Assembly: GCA_963848295.1 (NCBI GenBank)
Contig: CAWKDB010000010.1
Location: 192,001-256,000, forward strand
Reading direction: 5' to 3'
Origin: an uncultured delta proteobacterium
GTDB taxonomy: Bacteria > Myxococcota_A > Polyangia > Haliangiales > Haliangiaceae
Length of the DNA: 64,000 bases
The first letter of the stretch is position 1. Each line of letters begins with the position of its first letter. The translations under genes and the position numbers were made by a program. Under the pieces are notes generated by a model. It had not been told where the DNA came from. It did no database searches and worked only from the letters and a program-made list of their open reading frames with translations. This document shows positions 40,029 through 51,429 of this stretch, one piece after another.

Positions 40029-41665
40029 CCCGGATCATTCGCGAAGGGAGCGCGCCGCGAGGAGCGCATCGCCGGAATTTCGGTGCCGGTACGCAGGTTT
40101 CGCTGTTTGTGAAGACAAACGAATTTGCCCACGCACCGACGACACCGTGTATTCCACCGATCGAGCTTCAGTTCCAGCGCCGCCGCGCGATTCTGAGCGC
40201 TGACGCCGAACAGGTGTCCTCCGATGGCGGCGTCGTGCTGCTGCGCAAGCTCGACGAGCGGTTGGAGCTGACGACGCGTCTGACAGCGTTACTCGGCGAT
40301 CGGCGCGACTCAGCTCGAGTTCGGCATTCGCGCCTCGAGCAAGTCCGGCAGCGCGTCTATCAGATCTGCCTCGGCTACGAGGACTGCAACGATGCGGACT
40401 GGTTGCGCCACGATCCGGCACTTCGCCTGGCGTGCGACGCCGAAGATCACGCGATGTCATCGCAGCCGACGCTGTCGCGGTTCGAAAACGCGATCACCGG
40501 TCGCGAGCTCAATCGGCTGACTCGCGCCTACGAGCAGGTCTACGTCGACGAACTCGTATCGACGACCGACCTGATCGTTCTGGACATCGACTCCACCGAT
40601 GACCAGACCCACGGCAACCAGGAGCTCATGTGTTTCCACGGCTTCTACGACCAGCACATGCTTCACCCGCTGCTCGTGTTCGACGCCCTGAGTGGGCAGC
40701 TGATCACCGCCTTGCTCCGGCCCGGGCGTGCGCACGCCGCCAAGGGTGCGATCACGATCCTCACGCGGCTGATTCGAGCCATTCGCCGACGGTGCCCCCA
40801 CGCAAGCATCCTGGTGCGCGGTGACTCCGCGTTTGCGATGCCCAAGCTCCTCGATCGCCTCGAGCAGCTTGACGCCGAGCTCGGCGACGTCGAGTACGTG
40901 ATCGGTGTCGCGAAGAATTCGCGGCTGCTGGAGTTTGCCAAGCCGCTGCGGTCCTCCGTCGAGGAGGAATTCCTCGACGGCAAGCGATTCGTTCGCCGCT
41001 TCACTTGGCTGTCGTACGCCTCGAAGTCCTGGCCCGCCGAGCGCCACGTGATCTGCAAGGTCGAGCACAGCGAGCGCGGCGAGAATCCGCGATTCGTGGT
41101 GACCACGCTCGACGAGTTCTCCCCAGGTCTCATCTATGACGTCGCCTACTGCGCACGCGGGCAGTCGGAGAACTTCATCAAGGACCTCAAGAACGCGCTC
41201 CACGCCGATCGTCTGTCGTGTCACCGCTTCGTCGCCAACGCCTTCCGTCTCTTGCTGCACGCCATCGCCTACCGCTTGATGCATGCGTTGCGTGCCACCG
41301 TCGCGCGCGTCGCCCCTACCACCGAGTATGTCTCCACCGATCGCGTTCGGCTCGCAACCGCCCAGATGGACACTCTTCGCTTGCGGCTACTCAAGGTCGC
41401 GGCTCACGTCACGGCATCCGTCCGCCGCGTCCTCGTCCGCCTGCCGCGAGCCTTCCCGCTCGCCCACATCTTCTTCGCCGTGGCGCGCGACCTCGGCGTC
41501 ACGTAGTCGGCGATTCTTTGACAACCAGTGCGCCGCCTCCCGGATCGCCGACCGTTGCGGCGTGGCGCCGCGGCAACGATGCGAGCTCGCGACGTACCCT
41601 GACCGTGCGCGAGGCGGCTCCGCCGCCAAGCGCCGGTCAGCTGGAGCCATCACGAATGATCCGGG
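40029..41665 (+). mobile_element. IS1380-family insertion sequence (1637 bp)
   Basis: IRs CCCGGATCATTCG(C/T)GA at 40029 and 41665; CTAG duplicated at 40025-40028 and 41666-41669. Confidence 0.92.
40109..41506 (+). CDS. IS1380-family DDE transposase
   Basis: SSDGG, GYEDCNDA, SQPTLSR, LDIDST, RGDSAF, RGQSENFIKDLK. Confidence 0.93.
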   Translation: MKTNEFAHAPTTPCIPPIELQFQRRRAILSADAEQVSSDGGVVLLRKLDERLELTTRLTALLGDRRDSARVRHSRLEQVRQRVYQICLGYEDCNDADWLRHDPALRLACDAEDHAMSSQPTLSRFENAITGRELNRLTRAYEQVYVDELVSTTDLIVLDIDSTDDQTHGNQELMCFHGFYDQHMLHPLLVFDALSGQLITALLRPGRAHAAKGAITILTRLIRAIRRRCPHASILVRGDSAFAMPKLLDRLEQLDAELGDVEYVIGVAKNSRLLEFAKPLRSSVEEEFLDGKRFVRRFTWLSYASKSWPAERHVICKVEHSERGENPRFVVTTLDEFSPGLIYDVAYCARGQSENFIKDLKNALHADRLSCHRFVANAFRLLLHAIAYRLMHALRATVARVAPTTEYVSTDRVRLATAQMDTLRLRLLKVAAHVTASVRRVLVRLPRAFPLAHIFFAVARDLGVT

Positions 41666-41775
41666 CTAGCTCCGCGCGCTCGGCGACGGTCGATCTGAAC
41701 CGCACCGCCCTGCGGCGGTGCTGCCCGTCCCGGCTAGCCGCGACGATCGAACAACCAGGCCCGACGAGTGCCCGA

Positions 41776-42933
41776 TTAGACGAGGTCTTCGTCGCGATCG
41801 ACGACATAGCCGACGAAGTTCACCAGCGCCGGGAAAAAAGCATCCGAGCTCGCCGGGAGCAGCTCGCCGACCTCGTCGGCGTGGACGATCTGCTCGAGCG
41901 AGAGCGGCCGCATGATCACGCCGAGCGAGGCTTGGCCGCCGTGGACCTGGGCAGCGACGACCGCGGGATCGAGCTCGGCCGCGATCTGAGCGCCGGGTGC
42001 GCCGCGCGCGAGGAACAACTTGTCGACGACGACCGGATCGTACTTCTGGATCGCACGGTGGACCTCGACGCCCTCATTGACCGGGCTGACGTCGGGCTTG
42101 AGCATCAGCTTGTAGGCGTCCTTGTCGCCCGCGAACACGACGACGAACGCCGGCTGGTGAGCGACGGTCGCGGCGAGCGCGGCGCGTTGCTTGTCCGGTG
42201 ATGTCGCGGCGTCGCCGAGCTTGTCGATCTCGAACCACGGCTTGACCGCGGCGAGCACCGCGTCGCGCTCGAACGCACCGCGCACGAGGCGATGGCGCGG
42301 CGCGACGACGAGCGCGGGCTCGGCGAGGTCGACGAGGCAGAACAGCCCGTAGTTCGCCGACGAGTACATCGACAGCTCGCCGAGCGACGCGCGGTAGTCG
42401 AGCATCGCCTCGTAGCGCGCGTGGCCATCGAGCACGTGGATCTTGCGCGGCGCGAACAGCCGGCGCAACGACCCGAGCACCTCCGCCGACGACACCCGCC
42501 ACAGCTTGTGCTCGGTGCCATCGGCCGTCGTCATCTTGACGACGGGCTTGCCAGTATCGACCGAGCGGAACAGCCGCTCGATGTCACCGCCGGGATCGCG
42601 GTAGCCGGCGAGCACCGGCTCGTCGTACGCGCCCGCCTTCGCGAACCGCTGGGCCGCCGCCGAGCGCGCTTGCGGATCGGTCGCCTCGTGCGGCCGGATC
42701 GTGCCTTCGCTCCACGGCTCGAGCCCGACCGCACACACCAACGACTTGCGCGTGATCGTGCGGCGATTCGTCGGGAACGAGACGTGATAGCGATAGACCG
42801 CGCGGGTCGCGTCGCGAACGAGCTCGCCCGCCGCGAGCTTGCCGGGAACATCGATCGGCCCGAGCGCGAGCTTGTCGACGTCGGCCTTCGCGCGATCCCA
42901 GAGCGCGCCGCGGAATCCAGCCAGCTGAGCCAT
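41776..42933 (-). CDS. DUF1015 family protein
   Basis: IRPHEAT, VLDGHARYE, PRHR, C-terminal FFP; ATG follows TGaTAGCGT. Confidence 0.75.
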   Translation of the reverse strand: MAQLAGFRGALWDRAKADVDKLALGPIDVPGKLAAGELVRDATRAVYRYHVSFPTNRRTITRKSLVCAVGLEPWSEGTIRPHEATDPQARSAAAQRFAKAGAYDEPVLAGYRDPGGDIERLFRSVDTGKPVVKMTTADGTEHKLWRVSSAEVLGSLRRLFAPRKIHVLDGHARYEAMLDYRASLGELSMYSSANYGLFCLVDLAEPALVVAPRHRLVRGAFERDAVLAAVKPWFEIDKLGDAATSPDKQRAALAATVAHQPAFVVVFAGDKDAYKLMLKPDVSPVNEGVEVHRAIQKYDPVVVDKLFLARGAPGAQIAAELDPAVVAAQVHGGQASLGVIMRPLSLEQIVHADEVGELLPASSDAFFPALVNFVGYVVDRDEDLV

Positions 42934-42938
42934 CGCGC

Positions 42939-44213
42939 CTACGCTATCACCGTTGCTGGACGCGTTCCGATGTCGCGCCGGACTTGCTTGCCGGCAAGCT
43001 CGATCGCATCGACCACCGCATAGGCGCGCCGCCGCGCGGCCTCGACGTCGTCGCCGAGCGCGGTGACGCCGAGCACCCGGCCGCCGGCGCTGACCAGCTG
43101 GCCGTCGCGGAGAGCCGTGCCGGCGTGAAACACGACGAGCTCGCCGGTCGGCGCCGGGATGCCCGCGATCGGATCGCCGGTCCGCGGATCGCCCGGATAG
43201 CCAGCCGCCGCGACGACGAGGCACACCGCGGTGCGCGGATCCCAGGCGAGCGAGCCTTCGGTCAACTGGCCGCGCGCGCACGCCGCGAGCACCGCGCCGA
43301 GGTCGCCGCGCAGACGCGCCATGATCGGCTGGGTCTCGGGATCGCCGAACCGGCAGTTGTACTCGAGCAGCCACGGCGCGCCGGCGGCGTCGACCATGAC
43401 GCCGGCGTAGAGCACGCCGCGGTAGTCGATGCGGTCGGCGACGAGGCCGCGCAGCGTCGGTCCGAGGATGTCGCGCGTGATCCGATCGAGGATCGGCTGG
43501 GCCGGCCAAGCCGGCGACACCGTGCCCATGCCGCCGGTGTTCGCGCCGCGATCGCCGTCGAAGATCGTCTTGTGGTCCTCGGCGGCCGGAAGGATCTCGA
43601 GGCGGTTGCCATCGGTGAGCGCGAGCACCGACACCTCGCGGCCGATGATCCGCTGTTCGATCACGACGGTCGCGCCCGCAGCACCGAACCGCCGCGCCTC
43701 GAGCATGTCGGCTGCGGCCGCGCGCGCCTCGACCGGTGAATCCGCGACGACGACGCCCTTGCCGGCGGCCAGGCCGTCCGCCTTGACGACGACCTGACGG
43801 CCACCCTCGGTGAGCCGCGCGATCGCCGCGTCGGCTTCGGCGGGCGTCGCCGCGATCTCGAACGCCGCGGTCGGGATGTGATGGCGCGCGAAGAACTGCT
43901 TGCTGAACACCTTGCTGCCTTCGAGCCGGGCGCCCGCTTCGCCGGGTCCGAACGTCGCGAGGCCCCGCGCTCGCAGGCGATCCGCGAGTCCGGCGACGAG
44001 CGGTCCTTCGGGTCCGACGACGACCAGCTCGACCCGCTCCGCCGCCGCGAGCTCGACCAGCCGATCGAGCTCGCCGACCGCGACCGCGACGCAGCGCGCG
44101 ACCTCGGCGATGCCTGGATTGCCAGGCGCCGCCAAGACCTCGTGACCCGCGAGCGCCAGCCGCCATGCGATCGCGTGCTCGCGCCCGCCGCCGCCGACGA
44201 TGAGGATCTTCAA
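42939..44213 (-). CDS. purD: Phosphoribosylamine-glycine ligase
   Basis: [43 protein letters not shown] start. Confidence 0.96.
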   Translation of the reverse strand: MKILIVGGGGREHAIAWRLALAGHEVLAAPGNPGIAEVARCVAVAVGELDRLVELAAAERVELVVVGPEGPLVAGLADRLRARGLATFGPGEAGARLEGSKVFSKQFFARHHIPTAAFEIAATPAEADAAIARLTEGGRQVVVKADGLAAGKGVVVADSPVEARAAAADMLEARRFGAAGATVVIEQRIIGREVSVLALTDGNRLEILPAAEDHKTIFDGDRGANTGGMGTVSPAWPAQPILDRITRDILGPTLRGLVADRIDYRGVLYAGVMVDAAGAPWLLEYNCRFGDPETQPIMARLRGDLGAVLAACARGQLTEGSLAWDPRTAVCLVVAAAGYPGDPRTGDPIAGIPAPTGELVVFHAGTALRDGQLVSAGGRVLGVTALGDDVEAARRRAYAVVDAIELAGKQVRRDIGTRPATVIA

Positions 44214-44596
44214 CCGTTGGCCTTTTCGGCGGCGGTGAGCTGCCGGAAGAACACGATGCGATTGCCCGCGCCGTCCTGCACCGACATCTCGCGCGTGCCC
44301 CACTCCTGGTCCTGAAGGCCTGGGCGGTAGTTCTTGTACCGCTTCGCGGTCAGCTCGGCGTGAAACGCTTCGAGGTCGTCGCAGCGGATCCGGATCGCCG
44401 CGCCCGGGCAGCCGTCGCCGTGGTGCTCGGTGATGTGCAACACGCAGTCGTCGCGCGAGATGCCCATGTACAGCGGCAGCGTCGGCTCGAACCGGTGCTC
44501 GAAGTCGACCTTGAAGCCGAGCCAGTCGATGTAGAACTCCTTCGCCTTGGCTTCGTCGAAGGACCTCAAGATCGGGACGGGGGCGTGGAGCTTCAT
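44210..44596 (-). CDS. VOC/glyoxalase-bleomycin resistance family protein
   Basis: [39 protein letters not shown]. Confidence 0.85.
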   Translation of the reverse strand: MKLHAPVPILRSFDEAKAKEFYIDWLGFKVDFEHRFEPTLPLYMGISRDDCVLHITEHHGDGCPGAAIRIRCDDLEAFHAELTAKRYKNYRPGLQDQEWGTREMSVQDGAGNRIVFFRQLTAAEKANG

Positions 44597-44598
44597 GG

Positions 44599-46194
44599 TC
44601 AGTGCCTGAAGTGGCGCATGCCGGTGAACAGCATCGCGAGGCCGTGCTCGTCGGCGGCGGCGATGACCTCGGGATCGCGGACCGAGCCGCCGGGCTGCAC
44701 GACCGCGACCGCGCCCGCGCCGGCGAGCACGTCGACGCCGTCGCGGAACGGGAAGAACGCGTCCGACGCGACCGAGCTGCCCTTCAGCTTGTCCCCGGCC
44801 TTGCGCTCGCAGATCCGGACCGAATCGATCCGGCTCATCTGGCCGGCGCCGATGCCGATCGTGACTCCGTCCTTCGCGAACACGATCGCGTTCGACTTGA
44901 CGTGCTTGGCGACTCGCCACGCGAATGCGAGGTCGGCGCGCTCGGCGGCGCTCGGCGAGCGCTTGGTCGCCACCGTCGCCGTCGCGAGATCGACCATGCC
45001 GTGATCGACGGTCTGGACCAGCGCACCACCGGCGATCGTGCGTACCGACCACGCGAGCTCGCCCGTCGGGGGCGCCCACGTGCCGGTCGCGGCGACGAGG
45101 CGCAGGTTCTTCTTCGCGGCGAGGAGATCGCGCGCCGCGGCGGAATAGCCGGGCGCGACGACACACTCGAGGAACGTCTCGACCAACAACCTCGCGAGCA
45201 CCTCGTCGACCTCGCGGTTGACCGCGACGATGCTGCCGAACGCCGACGTGGCATCCGCTTCGCGAGCGCGCAGGTACGCCGCGGCGACATCGCGATCGAC
45301 CGCGGCACCGCACGGGTTGTTGTGCTTGACGACGATGGCGGCCGGCTCCGTAAACTCGATGGCGAGGCCGAGCGCCGCGTCGAGATCGAGGATGTTGTTG
45401 TACGACAGCTGCTTGCCGCCGAGCACCTCGGCACCGGCGATCGTCGGACGCGACGAAGCGGTCGGGAGCGGAGAGCGGCCGTCGGCGTAGAACGCGGCCC
45501 TCTGGTGTGGGTTCTCGCCATAGCGCAGCTCGTACAGCCGGCGCCACTGCACCGACAGCGTGTCGGGGAGCTCGCGGCGGGCCGGCGCGCGATCACGAGC
45601 GGTCGCGACAGCATCGTCGATCGAGCTGAGGTAGGCGGCAATCGCCGCGTCGTACGCCGACGTATGCGCGAACGCCTTGCGCGCGAGCTGGAGCCGGCGC
45701 TCTGCCGGCACCGAACCATGGGCGCGAAGGTCGGCGATGACCTGCGCGTAGTCGTCGGGCTCGACCACGACCGCGACGCGCTCGTGATTCTTCGCGGCCG
45801 AGCGCAGCATCGACGGCCCGCCGATGTCGATGTTCTCGATCGCGTCTTCGAACGACGTGGTCGCCTTCGCGATCGTCTGCTCGAACGGGTAGAGGTTCAC
45901 CACGACGAGATCGATGACCTCGATCGCCTGGGTCGCGAGCTCGGCGCGATGCGCGGGGGTATCGCGCGCGAGCAAGCCGCCGTGGATCTTCGGGTGGAGG
46001 GTCTTCACGCGGCCGTCGAGGATCTCCGGAGCGCCCGTGTGATCCGAGACCTGTTTCACCGCCACCCCCGCGGCCGACAGCGCGGCCGCCGTGCCCCCAG
46101 TCGACAGGATCTCGATCCCCAGCTCGCCGAGCGCCTTGCCCAGCTCGACCACGCCCCGCTTGTCCGAAACCGAAACCAGCGCGCGCCGTATCAT
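44599..46194 (-). CDS. purH: Bifunctional AICAR formyltransferase/IMP cyclohydrolase
   Basis: [46 protein letters not shown]. Confidence 0.97.
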   Translation of the reverse strand: MIRRALVSVSDKRGVVELGKALGELGIEILSTGGTAAALSAAGVAVKQVSDHTGAPEILDGRVKTLHPKIHGGLLARDTPAHRAELATQAIEVIDLVVVNLYPFEQTIAKATTSFEDAIENIDIGGPSMLRSAAKNHERVAVVVEPDDYAQVIADLRAHGSVPAERRLQLARKAFAHTSAYDAAIAAYLSSIDDAVATARDRAPARRELPDTLSVQWRRLYELRYGENPHQRAAFYADGRSPLPTASSRPTIAGAEVLGGKQLSYNNILDLDAALGLAIEFTEPAAIVVKHNNPCGAAVDRDVAAAYLRAREADATSAFGSIVAVNREVDEVLARLLVETFLECVVAPGYSAAARDLLAAKKNLRLVAATGTWAPPTGELAWSVRTIAGGALVQTVDHGMVDLATATVATKRSPSAAERADLAFAWRVAKHVKSNAIVFAKDGVTIGIGAGQMSRIDSVRICERKAGDKLKGSSVASDAFFPFRDGVDVLAGAGAVAVVQPGGSVRDPEVIAAADEHGLAMLFTGMRHFRH

Positions 46195-46248
46195 CCAGCG
46201 CTAGTACCAACCACCGACAACCGGGTCAACCCCGGTCGCGCCCGCCGG

Positions 46249-46866
46249 TCAATTGCGGATCTTTTGCTTCTGCAATGCCGCTTGATTCGCGAGCAACTCC
46301 GCGCCGAGCTCGTCGGGTGACGGCGAGCCCATCTTGAGCTTCAGCAAGCCGCGGACCTCGACCTGGCGGATGCGCTCCCGCGTCAGGTTCATGATCTCGC
46401 CGACCTCTTCGAGCGTGATGCCGCCGCGCTCGGCCACATCGAGCGCGCAGGTGTGGCGCAGCTCCCACGGTTCGAGATCGGGGAAGTTGATCTTGATCGA
46501 GCCGGTCTCGGGATTGATGTCGAGATAGAGGTGGTGCTTGCACGCCACCCAGGGGCACGGCCGCACCTCTTCCCGGCACTCCGAGCGGTTCGTCGGGCGT
46601 GGGATGTCGACCGGCGGATACATCATCGCGCCGACGCGCAGCTCTTCGCGAGTCAACCGCTTCATCGCGATCGTCTTGCTCCGTGGCCGCGTCCGGCGAC
46701 GTCGCCGGCGGATCTTGCGGCTGACCTCCGGGAGCTCGCCGCTCACCGCGGCTTCGCTCTCGGTATCGCCGAGCCCGCCGTCGCCTTCGCCGTCTCCATC
46801 GGCGTCAGCTTCGATCGGGTCGGCATCTAGCTCTTCGGTATCGTCATCGCGATCATCGGCGCTCAT
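46249..46866 (-). CDS. Cys/His-rich protein with C-terminal sigma70 region-4-like HTH
   Basis: C-x6-C-x4-C-K-HH...C motif, then [29 protein letters not shown] before ATG. Confidence 0.8.
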   Translation of the reverse strand: MSADDRDDDTEELDADPIEADADGDGEGDGGLGDTESEAAVSGELPEVSRKIRRRRRRTRPRSKTIAMKRLTREELRVGAMMYPPVDIPRPTNRSECREEVRPCPWVACKHHLYLDINPETGSIKINFPDLEPWELRHTCALDVAERGGITLEEVGEIMNLTRERIRQVEVRGLLKLKMGSPSPDELGAELLANQAALQKQKIRN

Positions 46867-46900
46867 GGTTCTCCCTCGGTAGACGGCGCGGGTTGACGGT

Positions 46901-47587
46901 TCAGAGCAGGTCCTCGGCGCCCCCCGCGGCGCCGGCCAGACGAAGCGTGTCGGTACGCGGCGCGGCGACGCGTCGCGTGAGCTCCCCGAGGCGAACGACC
47001 AAACGGTCGCCGTCGCGGCGGGCCTCGGCGAGTTGCTTGTGCACCTCGCCGCGAGTCGTGGGATCGAGCCGATCGGTGTCGGCATCGAGCCGCGCCCACA
47101 GCGCGGCCAAGTGCTCGCCGACCCCTTCGACGAGATCGGTGTAGAGCAGAAACTGCCCCTGGATCTCTTCGATCGTGTAGCCGTCGATCATCAGCTGCTT
47201 GACCGCGTTGATCCGGCGCACGGTCTTGGCCGGGTACAGGCCGAGCGAGCCGCGGTGCTTGCCCTTGCGGCCGACGCGACGGCTGCGCGGCAACAAGCCC
47301 TGCTGGACGTACTTGCGGAAGCTCGCTTCCGAGAACTTGATGCCGCGGCTGGTGAACGCGTCGACGACCTGCACCGCGGTCAGCCCGTCCGCGTAGTGCG
47401 CTTCGATCGCGGAGAGCTCGTGATCGACGAGCAATGCGGTCCGCAACGCACCACCGACCGCCGCCGGCGCGTCGTCATCGTAGCGAGCCGCGCCGCCGTT
47501 CTCGTGCGGCACGCGGTAGCCCCGCAACGGAACGACCTTCCCCGCGGTCGTCGCATGCAGCGCCCAGCCTTGATGACGTGAAACCAA
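46901..47587 (-). CDS. MerR-like HTH DNA-binding protein
   Basis: [15 protein letters not shown]...[25 protein letters not shown] plus coiled coil; TTG start after GAGGGAG. Confidence 0.75.
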   Translation of the reverse strand: MVSRHQGWALHATTAGKVVPLRGYRVPHENGGAARYDDDAPAAVGGALRTALLVDHELSAIEAHYADGLTAVQVVDAFTSRGIKFSEASFRKYVQQGLLPRSRRVGRKGKHRGSLGLYPAKTVRRINAVKQLMIDGYTIEEIQGQFLLYTDLVEGVGEHLAALWARLDADTDRLDPTTRGEVHKQLAEARRDGDRLVVRLGELTRRVAAPRTDTLRLAGAAGGAEDLL

Positions 47588-47753
47588 CGGAATCTCCCTC
47601 GATGACGAAAACGAAAACGACGACACGACGCACGGCGCGACGACCGACGGCTCTCGCGAGCGGCGTCTCAGTCGTCCCGTGTGCGTGCCCCCCTAACTCG
47701 CGTATCCACCTTCGCTGGTCGCTGGAAGAACCATTGTCCGACGAAGTACAGTC

Positions 47754-47782
47754 ACAGTATTCGCGTGAATGTAATCGGTCAA
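47754..47782 (-). promoter_or_regulatory. Sigma70-type promoter for the MerR-like/sigma4 pair
   Basis: TTGACC-N17-TACTGT in an AT-rich patch, with dyad ATTC-N4-GAAT in the spacer. Confidence 0.6.
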
Positions 47783-47867
47783 CAATAGCCAACGTGAAAG
47801 AATCAACTTTTTAGCTGGGACTCTGTTCAGGTCGATCGAGGCGCTCCGTTCGGCTAGCGTCGTCCCG

Positions 47868-48692
47868 ATGACCCGGTTCTCGTCGCTGATCGCGAGCGCG
47901 ACTGCGCTCTGCATCGGCGTGCTCGCGGTCGTCGGCGAGCGACCGAGCCTGGCCGACCTCGACAACCAGGTGTTCACCTCGAAGACCGCGCTGGTCCGGC
48001 TCGTCGTGCCCCGCGGGTGGCGCGCCACCGACGAGCCGAGCTATCCCGGTGTGCTGCTGTGGATGATGCGCAGCGAGCCCGAAGGCCGCCTCGCATTGAC
48101 CGCGGAGCCGTTCACCCGCGACGTCTACTGCAGCTGGCCGATCACGTGCCGCACCGGCAAGGGTGCGGCGTTCTCGCTGCCCGCGAAAGCGGCATGCGCG
48201 CTGCGCAGCCGGTTGCTGACCCAGCACATGCGCACGATCGGCGACGCGCAGGCCGGACCGAAGGAGAACGACGACGCGGGCCTACCCTCGGTGTGGTTCG
48301 AGTACGACGACGGCGGCCACTTCATGCGGCAGGCGATCGCGGTCGACGAGGATCGCGTGGTCAGCCTCGTGCTCAGCACGCCGACCAGCGAAGCACGCGC
48401 CGGCTACGTGCGCGCGTTCGAGCAAGCGTTGCGCACGTTGCGGCCGGTCAACGCCGAAGAGGAGGCGGCGATCACCGCGAGCGTCGGTTCGGGATCCGGT
48501 AGTGCCGGCGTCGGCGCGGGCGCGACGACCGCGGTCGGGCCGGGGTTGAGCTCGGCGACGGTTCCTGGGTCCGGATCGGGTGCAGGCTCGGGCTCGGGCT
48601 CGCCCGCGGTCGTAAAACCGTTCGCTAGCGCCGAGCCGGCGCCGGGTGCGGCGGAGAAGATTCCGGCGGTGGGCTCGTGCGTGAAGACGTGA
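47868..48692 (+). CDS. Hypothetical secreted protein with Gly/Ser-rich tail
   Basis: Signal peptide; TAGCGT 7 nt before ATG. Confidence 0.65.
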   Translation: MTRFSSLIASATALCIGVLAVVGERPSLADLDNQVFTSKTALVRLVVPRGWRATDEPSYPGVLLWMMRSEPEGRLALTAEPFTRDVYCSWPITCRTGKGAAFSLPAKAACALRSRLLTQHMRTIGDAQAGPKENDDAGLPSVWFEYDDGGHFMRQAIAVDEDRVVSLVLSTPTSEARAGYVRAFEQALRTLRPVNAEEEAAITASVGSGSGSAGVGAGATTAVGPGLSSATVPGSGSGAGSGSGSPAVVKPFASAEPAPGAAEKIPAVGSCVKT

Positions 48693-49446
48693 ACCCCGCG
48701 CGACGGATCGCGCCGTAGTCGGCGAGCAGATCCATCGGCCCGATATCGACGCAGCCATAGCGGCGATCAGCGGCGGCGCAGTAGACGCGGACGTGGAGGT
48801 GGTCGTCGTGGCGCGCGCTATCGCCGGGTTGATGCAGGGTCCGGCGCGCTCGCGCGATGATCTCCTCGGGCTCGCCAATCTTCTGCGCGTGCTCGATCAG
48901 CATCGCGGCGATCGGTTCGTACATGAAGATGTATTGCACCGGCGCCTCGGGCGCGGTGACGAGCATCTTGACGAGCAACCACGTCCGCGGCACGTCGACC
49001 GTGATCCCCGACTTGTCGACCGCGACGCCGCGCGCATCGAACACGTGCATCGCGTCGGGCTCGAACGGCTTGCCCGCCGCGTCGCGCATGTAATAGAGCA
49101 AGTCCGCGTCGCGACCGCTCTGATGCGAGCGATGAAACTCGCGCCCGCCCTCGCCGCCGCCCTCGCCGGAGAGGTCGGCGACCACGAGCCGGACGTCGTG
49201 GACCTGGGTCGCCATCCGCCGGGCGACGCCGACTACGAGATCGACGAGCTCGTCGGTGCCATAGCGGTTGTTGCGCCGCTTCCAGACTTCGCGCGTGATG
49301 AAGCCGTCGCCACGATCCGGGAGCCGTGCGCCTTCGATCAGGTAGCCGCCATTCGGCTTGCCGACCGAGATGCTCGTGCCGTCGGACACGACACCCAGCT
49401 CGGCGCAGGCCGAAACGACAAAGACCGCGCCGAGCAACGCTCGCAC
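48625..49446 (-). CDS. Penicillin-insensitive murein endopeptidase (MepA-like, LAS) lipoprotein
   Basis: HRSHQSGRDAD and HDDHLHVR Zn motifs; VSAC lipobox. Confidence 0.85.
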   Translation of the reverse strand: MRALLGAVFVVSACAELGVVSDGTSISVGKPNGGYLIEGARLPDRGDGFITREVWKRRNNRYGTDELVDLVVGVARRMATQVHDVRLVVADLSGEGGGEGGREFHRSHQSGRDADLLYYMRDAAGKPFEPDAMHVFDARGVAVDKSGITVDVPRTWLLVKMLVTAPEAPVQYIFMYEPIAAMLIEHAQKIGEPEEIIARARRTLHQPGDSARHDDHLHVRVYCAAADRRYGCVDIGPMDLLADYGAIRRAGFTSSRTSPPPESSPPHPAPARR

Positions 49447-49471
49447 GCGGTCAGTATGTCACGCCGTTCGC

Positions 49472-51391
49472 TCAGGTCGACTTGTCTTCGAACTCGGCGT
49501 CGATGACGTCGTCCTTCGCCCCGCCGGCAGGACCGCCGCCTTCGGTCTGGCCGCCACCTGCGCCGCCCTCGGGGGCGGCCTGCTTGTACATCGCCTCGGC
49601 GAGCTTGTGCGCCGCGGCCTGGAGCTTCTCGAACGCGCCGCGCAGCACCTCGGGCGAGCCGCCCTCCTTGTTGCTCTCGAGCACGCCCTCGGCCTCCTTC
49701 AACGCCTCTTCGATCATCAGCTTGTCGGTGTCGACGAGCTTCTCGCCGTTCTCCTGCACGAGCTTGCGGGTGCTGTAGACCAGCGTGTCGAGCTGGTTGC
49801 GAGCCTCGATCGACTCCTTGCGCTCTTTGTCCTCCGACTCGTGCTTTGCGGCGTCATCGACCGCGCGTTTGATGTCCGCCTCGGTCAGACCGCCAGACGC
49901 CTCGATCCGGATCGCGCGCTCGGTGTTCGTGGCCTTGTCCTTCGCGGTCACGTTGAGGATGCCGTTCGCATCGATGTCGAACGTCACTTCGATCTGCGGC
50001 ACGCCGCGCGGCGCCGGCGGGATGCCGGTGAGCTGGAACTTGCCGAGCGTCTTGTTGTCTTTCGACATCGGGCGCTCGCCCTGCGTGACGTGGACCTCGA
50101 CCGACGACTGGTTGTCGGCGGCGGTCGAGTAGGTCTCGGCCTTGCGCGTAGGGATCGTGGTGTTGCGCGGGATCATCGGCGTCATCACGCCGCCGAGCGT
50201 CTCGATGCCGAGCGTCAGCGGGGTGACATCGAGCAACAGGATGTCTTTGACGTCGCCCGACAGTACGCCGCCCTGCACCGCCGCACCGAGCGCGACGACC
50301 TCGTCGGCGTTGACGCTCTTGTTCGGCTCGCGCTTGAAGAACTCTTTGACCTTCGCCTGGACGAGCGGGATGCGGCTCGAGCCACCGACGAGCACGACCT
50401 CGTGGATGTCTTCGACCTTCTTGCCGGCATCGGCCAACGCCTTCTTGCACGGCTCCATCGTGCGGTTGACGATGTCTTCGATCATCTGCTCGAACTTGCT
50501 GCGCGACAGCTTCTTCAGCAGGTGCTTGGGGCCGGTCGCGTCGGCGGTCAGGTACGGCAGGTTGATCTCGGTCTCCTGCACGTTCGACAGCTCGATCTTG
50601 GCTTTCTCTGCCGCCTCCTTGAGGCGCTGGAGCACCATCTTGTCCTTGCTGACATCGATGCCGGTGTCCTTCTTGAACTCGGCGACGAGCCAGTCCATCA
50701 GGCGATTGTCGATGTCGTCACCGCCGAGGTGGGTATCGCCGTTCGTCGATACGACCTCGACGACCTTGTCGCCGACCTCGAGCACCGACACGTCGAACGT
50801 GCCGCCGCCCATGTCGAACACCGCGATCAGCTGCTCTTTGGTCTTGTCCAGGCCATAGGCGAGCGCCGCCGCGGTCGGCTCGTTGATGATGCGCTTGACG
50901 TCGAGGCCGGCGATCCGGCCGGCGTCCTTGGTCGCCTGGCGCTGGGTGTCGTTGAAGTACGCTGGCACGGTGATGACCGCTTCGGTCACCGGCTCGCCCA
51001 GATACTCCTCGGCCGCACGCTTCAGCTTCATCAGCACGCGCGCGCCGATCTCGGGCGGCGAGTACTTCTTGTTGCGGATGTCGAACGAGACGTCGCCGTT
51101 GCCCGCCGGGACCATCTTGAACGGGACGCGCTTGGCTTCCTCTTGCGTGACCGGGTCCGCAAACTTGCGGCCCATGAAGCGCTTGCTCGAGAACACCGTG
51201 TTCTCCGGGTTGGTGATGGCTTGACGCCGGGCGATCTGGCCGACCAGAACTTCACCCTTGTCGTCGAAAGCGACCACCGACGGGGTCAGGCGTGCGCCCT
51301 CCTCGTTCGCGATGACCTTCGGCTCCTTGCCCTCCATGATCGCAACCACGGAGTTGGTCGTGCCTAGGTCGATACCGATGATCTTGCCCAT
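49472..51391 (-). CDS. dnaK: Chaperone DnaK (Hsp70)
   Basis: [43 protein letters not shown]. Confidence 0.98.
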   Translation of the reverse strand: MGKIIGIDLGTTNSVVAIMEGKEPKVIANEEGARLTPSVVAFDDKGEVLVGQIARRQAITNPENTVFSSKRFMGRKFADPVTQEEAKRVPFKMVPAGNGDVSFDIRNKKYSPPEIGARVLMKLKRAAEEYLGEPVTEAVITVPAYFNDTQRQATKDAGRIAGLDVKRIINEPTAAALAYGLDKTKEQLIAVFDMGGGTFDVSVLEVGDKVVEVVSTNGDTHLGGDDIDNRLMDWLVAEFKKDTGIDVSKDKMVLQRLKEAAEKAKIELSNVQETEINLPYLTADATGPKHLLKKLSRSKFEQMIEDIVNRTMEPCKKALADAGKKVEDIHEVVLVGGSSRIPLVQAKVKEFFKREPNKSVNADEVVALGAAVQGGVLSGDVKDILLLDVTPLTLGIETLGGVMTPMIPRNTTIPTRKAETYSTAADNQSSVEVHVTQGERPMSKDNKTLGKFQLTGIPPAPRGVPQIEVTFDIDANGILNVTAKDKATNTERAIRIEASGGLTEADIKRAVDDAAKHESEDKERKESIEARNQLDTLVYSTRKLVQENGEKLVDTDKLMIEEALKEAEGVLESNKEGGSPEVLRGAFEKLQAAAHKLAEAMYKQAAPEGGAGGGQTEGGGPAGGAKDDVIDAEFEDKST

Positions 51392-51429
51392 GACGTGTTT
51401 TCCTCGACTGCTGGATTTGTTTGCTGGCC

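Noticed and set aside
48625..48692. 68-bp convergent overlap between the secreted protein and the MepA-like gene
   Set aside because: Low-complexity tails in a compact high-GC genome; no evidence of function
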